Shown in pieces: positions 39,564 to 48,066 of a stretch of 64,000 bases of DNA. This DNA comes from Vicinamibacterales bacterium. GTDB lineage: Bacteria; Acidobacteriota; Vicinamibacteria; Vicinamibacterales; CAVVIG01. Made by a program: the position numbers and the translations under genes. Below the pieces are notes generated by a model. It searched no databases, was not told the DNA's origin, and was given only the letters and a program-made list of their open reading frames with translations. Each line of letters starts with the position of its first letter. Within the stretch, counting starts at the first letter, position 1. The stretch spans positions 5,622 through 69,621 of the forward strand of contig JBEBGG010000001.1 of NCBI GenBank assembly GCA_040081555.1, read 5' to 3'.

Positions 39564-41924
39564 ATGGGCGGCCGTCCGGCCGCGTCGGCCGACCGAGGCG
39601 CCGGGTTCGGCCGGCGAAGGGCAACGAGCCGCAATCGGCGGAAAGTCTGGGATACTGGCGCCGTGCTCGCTGTCCAGCCGCCCGGCCGGCCGACGCGCCC
39701 TGATGGCCTGGCCTACTCGACCGGCGACCGCATCGCTGGCGTCGTAGTGATTGCCGTCGTTGGTGTCATGCTCGGGGCCACACGGTGGCTCGGCTCTGGC
39801 AGTCTGGATCTACTGGCTGAGGCCCCCCCCTTTACGTATCTGCTGGTCACAGCCTCGAAGGGTGCGTTGGTCCGCGACATCGTCACCAGCCTGCTGGTGT
39901 TGATCGCGGGGCATGCGCTCCTCAGCTACCGCCTCCGGCAGAGGGCTCCCGGATTCGGATTCGGAGAGATCCGATATCTCTTGCCGCTGGTACTCGCCTC
40001 GTCCGCTCTTGTCGTCACGACCCTGGTTCTCGCGTTCCCGGGCATGTCGTGGTGGGCGCCCCTGGTGTTTGTTGGCGTTGATCTCCATGTGCTCGTGGTC
40101 ATTCTGGCCGTCGCGTTTTGTGCGCAGCGGTTCGACCAGTCGGTCGGTGACCAAGTCTCGGCCGCGATTCGGCGTCGTGTGGAGGGCTGGTGGAATCAGT
40201 GGCCGGCTGTGGATCCGTCGTTCCGCGTTGAAGTCTTCGTTGCTGTTGTCTCGCTGATCGTGGTGGTTCTCTCGTCACCCCTCGTCAGGTTCACGGAGCG
40301 CACACGGGGCGATGAGCCCAAGTATCTTCGCTACGCCGAGAACTGGTGGCAGGGGCACGGCATGGAAATGAGCAATGTCCTCGAGGTGTCGGCCCTGCCG
40401 CGCGACGCACGTCCGCAGATCGGGCGCAACCTGGCGATGTTGGGACCGGCGTTACGGGACGACGTGCGCGCGATGGTGAAGGACGCCATCTATCTCGGGA
40501 ACTACAAGCACTGGAGGCATAAGTTCAACAAGGCGCACTACGCCGGCAACTGGGTCGTGCAGGGCAAAGATGGCGGACTGTATTTGATGCACGGGCCTGG
40601 TCTGTCCATGGTCATCCTGCCGGCCTACCTGATCGACCGCTGGTTGTTCGATCGGGGGCGTCTGATGTTCTCTGACGACCTCTTCACGACCAACCTGACC
40701 ATGCTCGTGATCTATGTGCTGCTGGGGGCAGCCTGTGTCCGCATGCTGACCGCGGCCGGTGTCTCAATGGGCAACGCGGCGCTGGTCACGCTGGCGTGCG
40801 TTCTCTCGTTGCCTGTTCCGGCCTTTGCGTTCCAGTTCTATCCGGAGACGCTGGCCGCGTTGATCGTGTGCCTGTTCATGCCGACGATCCTGGACCCGTC
40901 GCCCTCGTCCTCGCGTGCGGCGCTCCTTGTGGGACTCGGGCTTGGATCGCTTGGTTGGCTCCATGTCAGGTTCCTGGGCGTAGGAGCGGTGTGCCTTGCA
41001 TGGTACGTGTGGGTCCATCGACGAGAATCCCGACGTCTTGCCGCCACATTCGTAGGCTTCGGCGTCGTGATGGCCGCGTTGTGCCTCTACACCTATCACG
41101 TGACCGGAAGCCTCGTCGTGACCGCGATCTTCACCGCCGAAGGGGGCCACGGTACCTTTGCAGCCCACTGGGTCCCTCGCGGACTGATCGGGTATCTATT
41201 CGACCGCGAGAGTGGTCTTCTGCCCCTGGCCCCGATGTACCTGCTGGCGCCGTTTGGGATAGGACTGATGACCCGACGTCCGTTGCCGTTGCTCATGGTG
41301 GGCTCGATCATGTTGGCGCTGCTCATTCCGGCAGCCGGACACGGCTTCGAAAATAATGGTGCATCGCCACTGCGGTTGGTGCTGGCGGTGGTGCCGCTGG
41401 CGACCGTTCCCGTGGCTGAGTTCTTCGCGTGGGCGCGCGGGCGTCGGTTCGCGCTGATTGTGGGTCTTGGCGTTCTGGCGCTCTCGGTGCGGCAGGCGAT
41501 CGCCTACAACTTGGGCAACGACAAGGAGATTCTCAGCACTGTTGCCAGGAGCGTTTCTGGATGGGATCCAACGCTGATGTTTCCCTTGCTTCGCCGGGCA
41601 GAGGGCTGGGGAACCTTTGATGGTGGGGCGCTGGTGGCGTGGGAGGCTGCGGTCGTGCTGCTCATCGTCTCCGGTGTGTTGATGCGGAACTCTGCCGGCA
41701 TCGTGTCGCGTCACCAAGATTGGGTTCCCCCGCATGCGATCGGGGCTGTGGTCCTGGGATTGTTGTCTCTCGGCACCGCGGCGATTCTTGCCGGCGGTCC
41801 CGCTTACGAAACACGTTTGCTCAAGGAACCGCTGGCGGAGTGGCAAGGAGCGCCGGATACTCCACGGCTTCCCGGTGGCTGGCTAACGTTCGGACCGTCG
41901 CCCGCCCGATCGCCCGACGATTAA
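39564..41924 (+). CDS. Large polytopic membrane protein, putative ArnT/PMT_2-like GT-C glycosyltransferase
   Basis: First-loop motif RGDEPKYLRYAENWWQGHG resembles the ArnT DE-x-x-Y-(a/l) loop. More than 12 TM helices. Start uncertain (TTG 39522, ATG 39564, GTG 39663). Confidence 0.6.
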   Translation: MGGRPAASADRGAGFGRRRATSRNRRKVWDTGAVLAVQPPGRPTRPDGLAYSTGDRIAGVVVIAVVGVMLGATRWLGSGSLDLLAEAPPFTYLLVTASKGALVRDIVTSLLVLIAGHALLSYRLRQRAPGFGFGEIRYLLPLVLASSALVVTTLVLAFPGMSWWAPLVFVGVDLHVLVVILAVAFCAQRFDQSVGDQVSAAIRRRVEGWWNQWPAVDPSFRVEVFVAVVSLIVVVLSSPLVRFTERTRGDEPKYLRYAENWWQGHGMEMSNVLEVSALPRDARPQIGRNLAMLGPALRDDVRAMVKDAIYLGNYKHWRHKFNKAHYAGNWVVQGKDGGLYLMHGPGLSMVILPAYLIDRWLFDRGRLMFSDDLFTTNLTMLVIYVLLGAACVRMLTAAGVSMGNAALVTLACVLSLPVPAFAFQFYPETLAALIVCLFMPTILDPSPSSSRAALLVGLGLGSLGWLHVRFLGVGAVCLAWYVWVHRRESRRLAATFVGFGVVMAALCLYTYHVTGSLVVTAIFTAEGGHGTFAAHWVPRGLIGYLFDRESGLLPLAPMYLLAPFGIGLMTRRPLPLLMVGSIMLALLIPAAGHGFENNGASPLRLVLAVVPLATVPVAEFFAWARGRRFALIVGLGVLALSVRQAIAYNLGNDKEILSTVARSVSGWDPTLMFPLLRRAEGWGTFDGGALVAWEAAVVLLIVSGVLMRNSAGIVSRHQDWVPPHAIGAVVLGLLSLGTAAILAGGPAYETRLLKEPLAEWQGAPDTPRLPGGWLTFGPSPARSPDD

Positions 41925-42334
41925 CGTGTGGCTCTGTGTGCGCCTTGCCACTCAAGCGAGGCCTGGATCGCTTGCGCGATACTTGCGCGGGCTTCTTCAG
42001 GCGTGGCGCCCGCGGCGCGGCTTTCCATGTAGTGATGCAACCAGCCGGCGACGGCCGCTTGGTCAATGTGGCCGTCGAGGACCAGCCCGGCCGGTCGAGC
42101 GAGGCCTTCAGGCGCGCGATAGAAGTCGTCAAGCCAGCGAACAACCTCGTTCAGTTCCTCCACACCGAGTGTCTGAACGTTGACGGTCGGTGATGGCGGC
42201 TGGTCTAGCCGCCGGTCGCCCCGAGCGAGCGTGGTGATGGCGTGAACGGCGATGGTGATGACCGTGGCCACGGCAAGGAGAAGGGCGCGGGCTACGAGCG
42301 GCCTGGACATCGTAAGAAGGGGAGGTGCTAGCAT
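41921..42334 (-). CDS. Small signal-anchored hypothetical protein (weak DUF4214-like pattern)
   Basis: ATG at 42334 with AGGAG 6 nt upstream. Hydrophobic N terminus, then FYRAPEGLARP...GWLHHYMES...ASLEW. Confidence 0.5.
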   Translation of the reverse strand: MLAPPLLTMSRPLVARALLLAVATVITIAVHAITTLARGDRRLDQPPSPTVNVQTLGVEELNEVVRWLDDFYRAPEGLARPAGLVLDGHIDQAAVAGWLHHYMESRAAGATPEEARASIAQAIQASLEWQGAHRATR

Positions 42335-42523
42335 GCCATGCTCCTGTTCCCAAGGCCACAGGCCCGCGTCGTCGCGCGGCCACGCCAGGCCGTCCCGCTG
42401 TAGAGAAAACCGGACCAATTGATACCTGCCGACGACAACCCGACACGCCCTCTGCGATTTTTCTAGATAAACTGGCCGCCCGATTGGCATTTCTCCTGCT
42501 CATGCCCGAGGGCAGAGGTAATC

Positions 42524-43228
42524 ATGCGACGACTGACGATAACGATATGTGGTCTGGCGGTGGCCGCCGTGCTGACAGCTCCTGCCGCAAGCTATGCGCA
42601 GCAAAGCCTCAGCTTCTCGCTCGGCGGCTTTGTACCCCAGGGCGAAGACTCGCGCGGCCAGATTGATGGCGGCGACGTACTGGTCAACAACCTCGACTTC
42701 CTGGCTTTCAACATCAAGGACTTCAACGGCGGTTCTGCGGGCGTCGAGTATCTGGTCGCGCTCAATGACTTCGTGGAGGCCGGTCTCGGCGTGGGCACCT
42801 ATCGACGCACCGTGCCAAGCGTCTATGCTGACCTGGTCGCTCAAAATGGCAGTGAGATCGAACAGGACCTGAAGTTGCGCATCGTGCCGTTTACCGCGAC
42901 GGTTCGGTTTCTGCCGGCGGGCCGTGGCGCCGCGGTGCAGCCATACATCGGCGCGGGCGTTGGTGTGCTCAACTGGCGCTACGTGGAGACCGGCGACTGG
43001 GTCGACAGCAATCGGGACATCTATTCCGGAACGTTCAAGGGGGCAGGAACCGCCACCGGGCCGGTCATCCTCGGCGGACTGCGCATCCCGGTTGGCACGT
43101 GGGATATCGGCGGGGAGGTGCGCTGGCAGAAAGCCACGGGCGCCCTCCCAGCGTCTGAGGACTTCTCAGCCGATGCGATCAATCTCGGCGGCGTGACCTA
43201 CTCGGTCACCTTCAACGTGCACTTCTAG
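42524..43228 (+). CDS. Small outer-membrane beta-barrel protein (OmpW/OMP_b-brl-like)
   Basis: Signal peptide ending AASYAQQ, alternating amphipathic strands, and a C-terminal ...TFNVHF with terminal Phe. Confidence 0.78.
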   Translation: MRRLTITICGLAVAAVLTAPAASYAQQSLSFSLGGFVPQGEDSRGQIDGGDVLVNNLDFLAFNIKDFNGGSAGVEYLVALNDFVEAGLGVGTYRRTVPSVYADLVAQNGSEIEQDLKLRIVPFTATVRFLPAGRGAAVQPYIGAGVGVLNWRYVETGDWVDSNRDIYSGTFKGAGTATGPVILGGLRIPVGTWDIGGEVRWQKATGALPASEDFSADAINLGGVTYSVTFNVHF

Positions 43229-43261
43229 CGCTGGTGAATCGTTGTCGACTCGTCTCGATGC

Positions 43262-44770
43262 TCAGTCGACAGGCGAGAGGTGGTGGCCTGGCGCAACCCC
43301 GGCCGGATGGCGCCGGTAGAGCGCCAGGCCAGCCCCGTCGCAGACACGCGAGAACTCCTCGAGAAAGGCCGGCTTTTCCCGGGCGATGCGGGCCAGCATG
43401 TCTCCGCCTTCTGCCTTTTCCTCAATCAGCATCCATCCGGCAAAGGGTGCCGGATGTTGCAGTGCGCTCAGCCAGATGTCCCCGTTGCCTTCGTGCAGAA
43501 AGTCGCGTAGGTCAAATCCAGCGCGCGACAGATCCTGCATGTAGTGCCCGAGCGATCCCATGCTGGCCATGATGCTGGTGCCGTCGTAGTCGCGGGCCAG
43601 GCACGGGGTCACGGTCGCGTCTCGCTCGATGATGTTGGGACGGTCCCACCTGGCCTCTGCAATCATCGGCGCGTTGGCGTCAAGCGGGCGCAGTTCGACA
43701 CAGACGAGCACCAGGAGCGCGACCGCGCCAACCGGCCGGAAGCGTCGCGGCAGAATCGCCACGGCCGCACCCGCACAGGCGGCCTCAATCGCCATCAGCG
43801 GAACCATGTAGCGGATGCGATAGGGGTGGCCGCCGAGAAATGCCACCCACGGAACGGCTGCCGTCGTCAGCAGTGTCAGCGGCAGCCACGAGAGGCCGCG
43901 GTCCTTTCCGCCCCGCCACAGGAGCCATATCATTCCCGTGACGGCGGTGCCGACCAGTAGGGCGCCGCTGAGCGTCCTGGCCCCCCACACGATTTCTGAC
44001 AGCGCTTCGAAGGGCCGTCCTTGCGCGGGGTTCTCCGGCACGAAGAAGTCGTCGGCGAACCAACTGCCAACCACGATCCGGCTGAACATCGTGAAGGCGA
44101 CGATCGCCGCCGCGGGGTAGATGGCAATTCGAACAGTGCGACGCGCTGCCTCGCTGAAGCTCCAGGTACGCCAGGCCAGAATCGCCCCGATGGCCAGTGC
44201 CGAGGCCACTACCGGCCACGCCTCATAACGGGTGAGGCATGCGAGGGCGAGTGTCCATCCCACCGCGCGCGCGCTGGTCGCCTCGCCGGTGGACCACCGC
44301 ATCACCAGCACCACCGAGAGGAGGACGAGGGCGAGCAGCAGCGGCTCCGTCATCGGCGTCGACTGCAGATACAGTACGTTGGGATTGAGCGCGAACACTG
44401 CGGTGGCGGCCACCGCCGTCATTGCTGACTGTGTGAGCCGGTCGGTGATCCAGGCGATGCACGCGCAGGCCATCGCGAAGCTCGCCACCGAGATCGCCAC
44501 GGCGGAGGCGCCGGTGCGGTAGAGCGCGTCGATCTGCACCGGTAGTGCGTTGAGCAGATGCGGCAGCGGCAGCCAGACCGCCCCAATCTGCTGCCAGCCA
44601 GGCGTGATGCGGTCGAAGATTCTGCGGGCGACGATCAGGTGCCCGCGCGCATCGTAGTGGGTGAGGGTGAGTCCGAGGCGGGCGTACTGAAGGGCGATGC
44701 CCGCACCGCCTATCGCCGCCGCGATCGCGACCGTGCGCGTCAACGCGCGCTGCGGCAACGGTATAATCAC
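43262..44770 (-). CDS. Polytopic membrane protein, possible GT-C-fold glycosyltransferase
   Basis: About 11 TM helices, first loop THYDARGHLIVARRIFD, and a C-terminal soluble domain. The family assignment is tentative. GTG start at 44770. Confidence 0.55.
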   Translation of the reverse strand: MIIPLPQRALTRTVAIAAAIGGAGIALQYARLGLTLTHYDARGHLIVARRIFDRITPGWQQIGAVWLPLPHLLNALPVQIDALYRTGASAVAISVASFAMACACIAWITDRLTQSAMTAVAATAVFALNPNVLYLQSTPMTEPLLLALVLLSVVLVMRWSTGEATSARAVGWTLALACLTRYEAWPVVASALAIGAILAWRTWSFSEAARRTVRIAIYPAAAIVAFTMFSRIVVGSWFADDFFVPENPAQGRPFEALSEIVWGARTLSGALLVGTAVTGMIWLLWRGGKDRGLSWLPLTLLTTAAVPWVAFLGGHPYRIRYMVPLMAIEAACAGAAVAILPRRFRPVGAVALLVLVCVELRPLDANAPMIAEARWDRPNIIERDATVTPCLARDYDGTSIMASMGSLGHYMQDLSRAGFDLRDFLHEGNGDIWLSALQHPAPFAGWMLIEEKAEGGDMLARIAREKPAFLEEFSRVCDGAGLALYRRHPAGVAPGHHLSPVD

Positions 44771-44781
44771 CCGTTTATTCT

Positions 44782-45381
44782 ATGGGCAGATTCGTTGGTC
44801 GGGTTCAGGCGTTGGCGCTGGCCCTCGGTGGTCTTGGTTTGTTCCTCACGTCCTTCATGGACGCGTTGTTCCTGCCACCGGAGGTCAATGACCTCTTGCT
44901 CGTCTGGATGGTGACGCAGCACAAGTCGCGGATGCTGTACTACGCCGCGAGCGCCACGCTCGGGTCCACGGCGGGATGTCTGGTGCTCTACTACATCGGT
45001 CGACGCGCCGATGGATGGGTGAGGCGTCGATTCAGTGCGGCTCGGGTGGCAAAGGCGATGCAAACGCTGCAGCGCTACGGTCTGCTCGCGGTGCTGATTC
45101 CCTCGTTACTGCCGCCGCCCGCGCCGTTCAAGATCTTCGTGCTCATGTCGGGAGTCGCCGGTATCTCCCCGGCGCGATTTACGGTGGCGATCTTGATCGG
45201 TCGCGGTATTCGCTACTTCGGGCTGGGCACGCTGGCGCTTTACTACGGCGATCAGGCCGTGGACTTCCTGCGTGACAACGGGCGCGGGATCTCTCTGGGG
45301 CTGATCGGATTGATCGTGGTTGGCAGCCTGGCCTACCTGGTGGTCAAGCGCATCCGCCAGCAGAGAACGACGGTAAACTAG
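44782..45381 (+). CDS. DedA/YqaA-family (SNARE-associated) membrane protein
   Basis: FMDALFLPPEVNDLLL...YGLLAVLIPSLLPPPAPFKIF...GRGIRYF pattern. ATG at 44782. Confidence 0.85.
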   Translation: MGRFVGRVQALALALGGLGLFLTSFMDALFLPPEVNDLLLVWMVTQHKSRMLYYAASATLGSTAGCLVLYYIGRRADGWVRRRFSAARVAKAMQTLQRYGLLAVLIPSLLPPPAPFKIFVLMSGVAGISPARFTVAILIGRGIRYFGLGTLALYYGDQAVDFLRDNGRGISLGLIGLIVVGSLAYLVVKRIRQQRTTVN

Positions 45382-45400
45382 GGCCGCCTGTTCGGCCATC

Positions 45401-46375
45401 ATGCACCCGATGCTCGATCTCACTGTCGTCATACCGATCCACAACGAGGCCGCCAGCCTCCTCGACTTGCACCGCGAACTCAATGCGGCGCTTGCACCGT
45501 GGGGGCGCTCCTACGAGATCATCCTCGTCGACGACGGCAGTACGGACGACAGTTTTCCCATTCTCGCGCGCTTGCAGACCGACGACCCGCGCGTGCGGGT
45601 GATTCGTTTTCGCAGAAATTTCGGACAAACGGCGGCGTTTTCGGCGGGCTTCGCGCATGCGCGCGGCCGCCTGATCGTGACGTCTGACGGCGACCTTCAG
45701 AACGACCCCAAAGACATCCCGGCCATGATTCGGAAGCTCGAAGATGAGCAACTCGACATCGTCTGCGGCTGGCGGAAGAATCGCCAAGACGCGTTCATGT
45801 CGCGCCTGTTGCCGTCGATGCTCGCCAACCGCCTGATCTCATGGTCGACCGGCGTTCGCCTGCACGACTACGGGTGTTCGTTAAAGGTGTTTCGATCCGA
45901 GGTGGTGAAGCCACTGCGTCTCTACGGCGAGATGCATCGCTTCATTCCGGCCATCGCCAGCGAACAGGGGGTCGCCATCGCCGAAGCGGTGGTGAATCAT
46001 CGCGCCAGGAAGTACGGCACGTCGAAATACGGCATCTCGAGAACGATTCGCGTGGTGCTGGATCTAATCACCGTGAAGTTCTTGCTGAACTACGCGACCC
46101 GCCCGTTGCAGATCTTTGGTCTCGTGGGTCTGGCGCTGGCCGTACCCGGGATGGCGATTGCCGCCTATCTGGCATGCATTCGGCTGTTTGGGAATCAGTC
46201 GATTGGCAACCGACCGTTGCTGCTCTTCGCGATCCTGCTGGTGTCCACGGGCGTGCAGTTGATCACCATCGGCTTGTTGGCAGAATTGCAGTCGCGCACC
46301 TACCACGAGTCGCAGAGCAAGCCGACCTACGTCATCCGCGAGATCCGCGAGCACGCAGACACGACGGCGGGCTAA
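45401..46375 (+). CDS. GT2 polyprenyl-phosphate glycosyltransferase (ArnC/GtrB/DPM1-like) with two C-terminal TM helices
   Basis: VVIPIHNE, ILVDDGSTDDS, RNFGQTAAFSAG, SDGDLQNDP, GWRKNRQD, then two TM helices. Confidence 0.92.
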   Translation: MHPMLDLTVVIPIHNEAASLLDLHRELNAALAPWGRSYEIILVDDGSTDDSFPILARLQTDDPRVRVIRFRRNFGQTAAFSAGFAHARGRLIVTSDGDLQNDPKDIPAMIRKLEDEQLDIVCGWRKNRQDAFMSRLLPSMLANRLISWSTGVRLHDYGCSLKVFRSEVVKPLRLYGEMHRFIPAIASEQGVAIAEAVVNHRARKYGTSKYGISRTIRVVLDLITVKFLLNYATRPLQIFGLVGLALAVPGMAIAAYLACIRLFGNQSIGNRPLLLFAILLVSTGVQLITIGLLAELQSRTYHESQSKPTYVIREIREHADTTAG

Positions 46376-46380
46376 GTCGC

Positions 46381-48066
46381 ATGGCGGTACGCGAGCTCGA
46401 TTCGACCAGAACGATCGCGCGTCCACCCAAGGCCATGGCCTGGGTCCTGATTCTGGCGTCGTCTGCGGCAGTGATGGCCGTTGGTCTCCTGGCGACGGCG
46501 CTGGTCTTTGGCAGCGTGGGCGAATGGCCGGAGCCTCCCGCGGCCTTCTGGCCCAGACTCGCGGTGGCCTGCGGGTTGACGGTGGCCAGCCTCGGGCTGC
46601 GCAGTCTGCGGTGGATCTTCCTGCTGCGCCGTGCCGAGACACGGATTCCTTTGCGCGACGCGTACATCGGCTATCTCGCCGGCTTCAGCCTGCTGCTCAC
46701 GCCGCTGCTCATGGGTGAATCGGTAGTCCGCGCGATGGTCAACCGCCGGCGCGGCGGGGTTCCGGTACTGACGACGCTGGTGGTGAATGTCTGGGAGCGC
46801 GCCCTCGATGTCGTGGCACTGCTGGCCATTGCTGCCACCGCGTCTCTGGTGCTCGGTCGCGGTGACGTCTGGGCACTCAGTGTCCTGACGCTGTGCGCGG
46901 CGACGCTCGTGCCGGCGACGCGTCGGCTGGCGCTCCGCGTGGTGACCGGTGTGCTTGATCCGGTGGCCAGGCTGTTTGAGCCGTCTCGCCCACGCGACTT
47001 CCGTCGTCTCTCTTCCCAGAGCGCCTGGCTTGCGGCATTCGCCACCAGCATCGTGGCCTGGCTGTTGCCCGGCGTCGGGCTGTACGCGATTGCGGGCAGT
47101 TGGCCTGGAGCCGTGAGCCTGGTTCAGGCGCACCTGGCGTACACGCAATCGGCCACCCTCGGTGCCGTGACCTTCGCGCCGGGCGGCGTGCTGGTCGTCG
47201 GCCGCCAGATGCTGCAGGCGCTGGAGACCTTCGCCACACCACTCGGCGCGGCGGCGCTCATCGTGCTTGGGATCCGTCTGGCGACCGTGGGCGTGTCGAC
47301 GGCGCTTGGCGTGGTGTTTGTCGTACTGCACGTGCGGACGTTGCCGGCTCGCAGCGACACCCATTTCGACGACATTGCCGACGCGTATGACGTGCAGATT
47401 CCCGAGGCGCGTCGAGAGGCCTTGCTCGAGCTGAAGACGACGTTGATGAAGGACGTCATCGAGCAGCGGGGTGCGGGACGCGTCGGCCTTGATGTCGGCT
47501 GCGGGCAGGGCAGCTACGTCGCGCGTATGCGGGAGTTGGGTTTCGATGTCAGCGGCATCGATTTCTCCTCCGGGCAGATTCGCCTCGCAGCCAGGAAGGT
47601 TGGCGATGCCAGGCTTGTTCGCGTGGGATCAGCGCTTGATATTCCTGCGGCCTCCGGCACCTACGATTTCCTGTACACGATCAATGTGCTGCACCATCTC
47701 GGATCATTCGAGGAGCAGCAGCGTGCATTTCGCGAACTGTTCCGGGTGCTCAAACCTGGTGGACTGCTATTTGTGCACGAGATCAACACCAGAAATGCGC
47801 TCTTCCGTTTCTACATGGGCTATGTCTTTCCGTCGCTCAATTGCATCGATGAAGGCACGGAGCGTTGGCTGTTGCCGGATCGTCTGGCGACGTACACGGA
47901 TGCGCCGACGCTCGAGGTGCGCTACTTCACGTTTCTCCCGGACTTTGTGCCCAGGATGATCGCCCGCCTGCTGCGCCCGCTCGAACGAGCGCTCGAGCAG
48001 TCGTCGCTCGCGCCGTATTCGGCCCATTACATGGCCGTGCTCCAGAAGAGGCCCGAGCCTTTGTGA
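46381..48066 (+). CDS. Fusion of a UPF0104 / lysyl-PG-synthase-TM-like (flippase-like) membrane domain with a class I SAM methyltransferase
   Basis: N-terminal ~330 aa polytopic region with LRSLRWIFLLR. C-terminal LDVGCGQGSY...LKPGGLLFVHE. ATG at 46381. The upstream part of the ORF overlaps the GT2 gene. Confidence 0.82.
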   Translation: MAVRELDSTRTIARPPKAMAWVLILASSAAVMAVGLLATALVFGSVGEWPEPPAAFWPRLAVACGLTVASLGLRSLRWIFLLRRAETRIPLRDAYIGYLAGFSLLLTPLLMGESVVRAMVNRRRGGVPVLTTLVVNVWERALDVVALLAIAATASLVLGRGDVWALSVLTLCAATLVPATRRLALRVVTGVLDPVARLFEPSRPRDFRRLSSQSAWLAAFATSIVAWLLPGVGLYAIAGSWPGAVSLVQAHLAYTQSATLGAVTFAPGGVLVVGRQMLQALETFATPLGAAALIVLGIRLATVGVSTALGVVFVVLHVRTLPARSDTHFDDIADAYDVQIPEARREALLELKTTLMKDVIEQRGAGRVGLDVGCGQGSYVARMRELGFDVSGIDFSSGQIRLAARKVGDARLVRVGSALDIPAASGTYDFLYTINVLHHLGSFEEQQRAFRELFRVLKPGGLLFVHEINTRNALFRFYMGYVFPSLNCIDEGTERWLLPDRLATYTDAPTLEVRYFTFLPDFVPRMIARLLRPLERALEQSSLAPYSAHYMAVLQKRPEPL

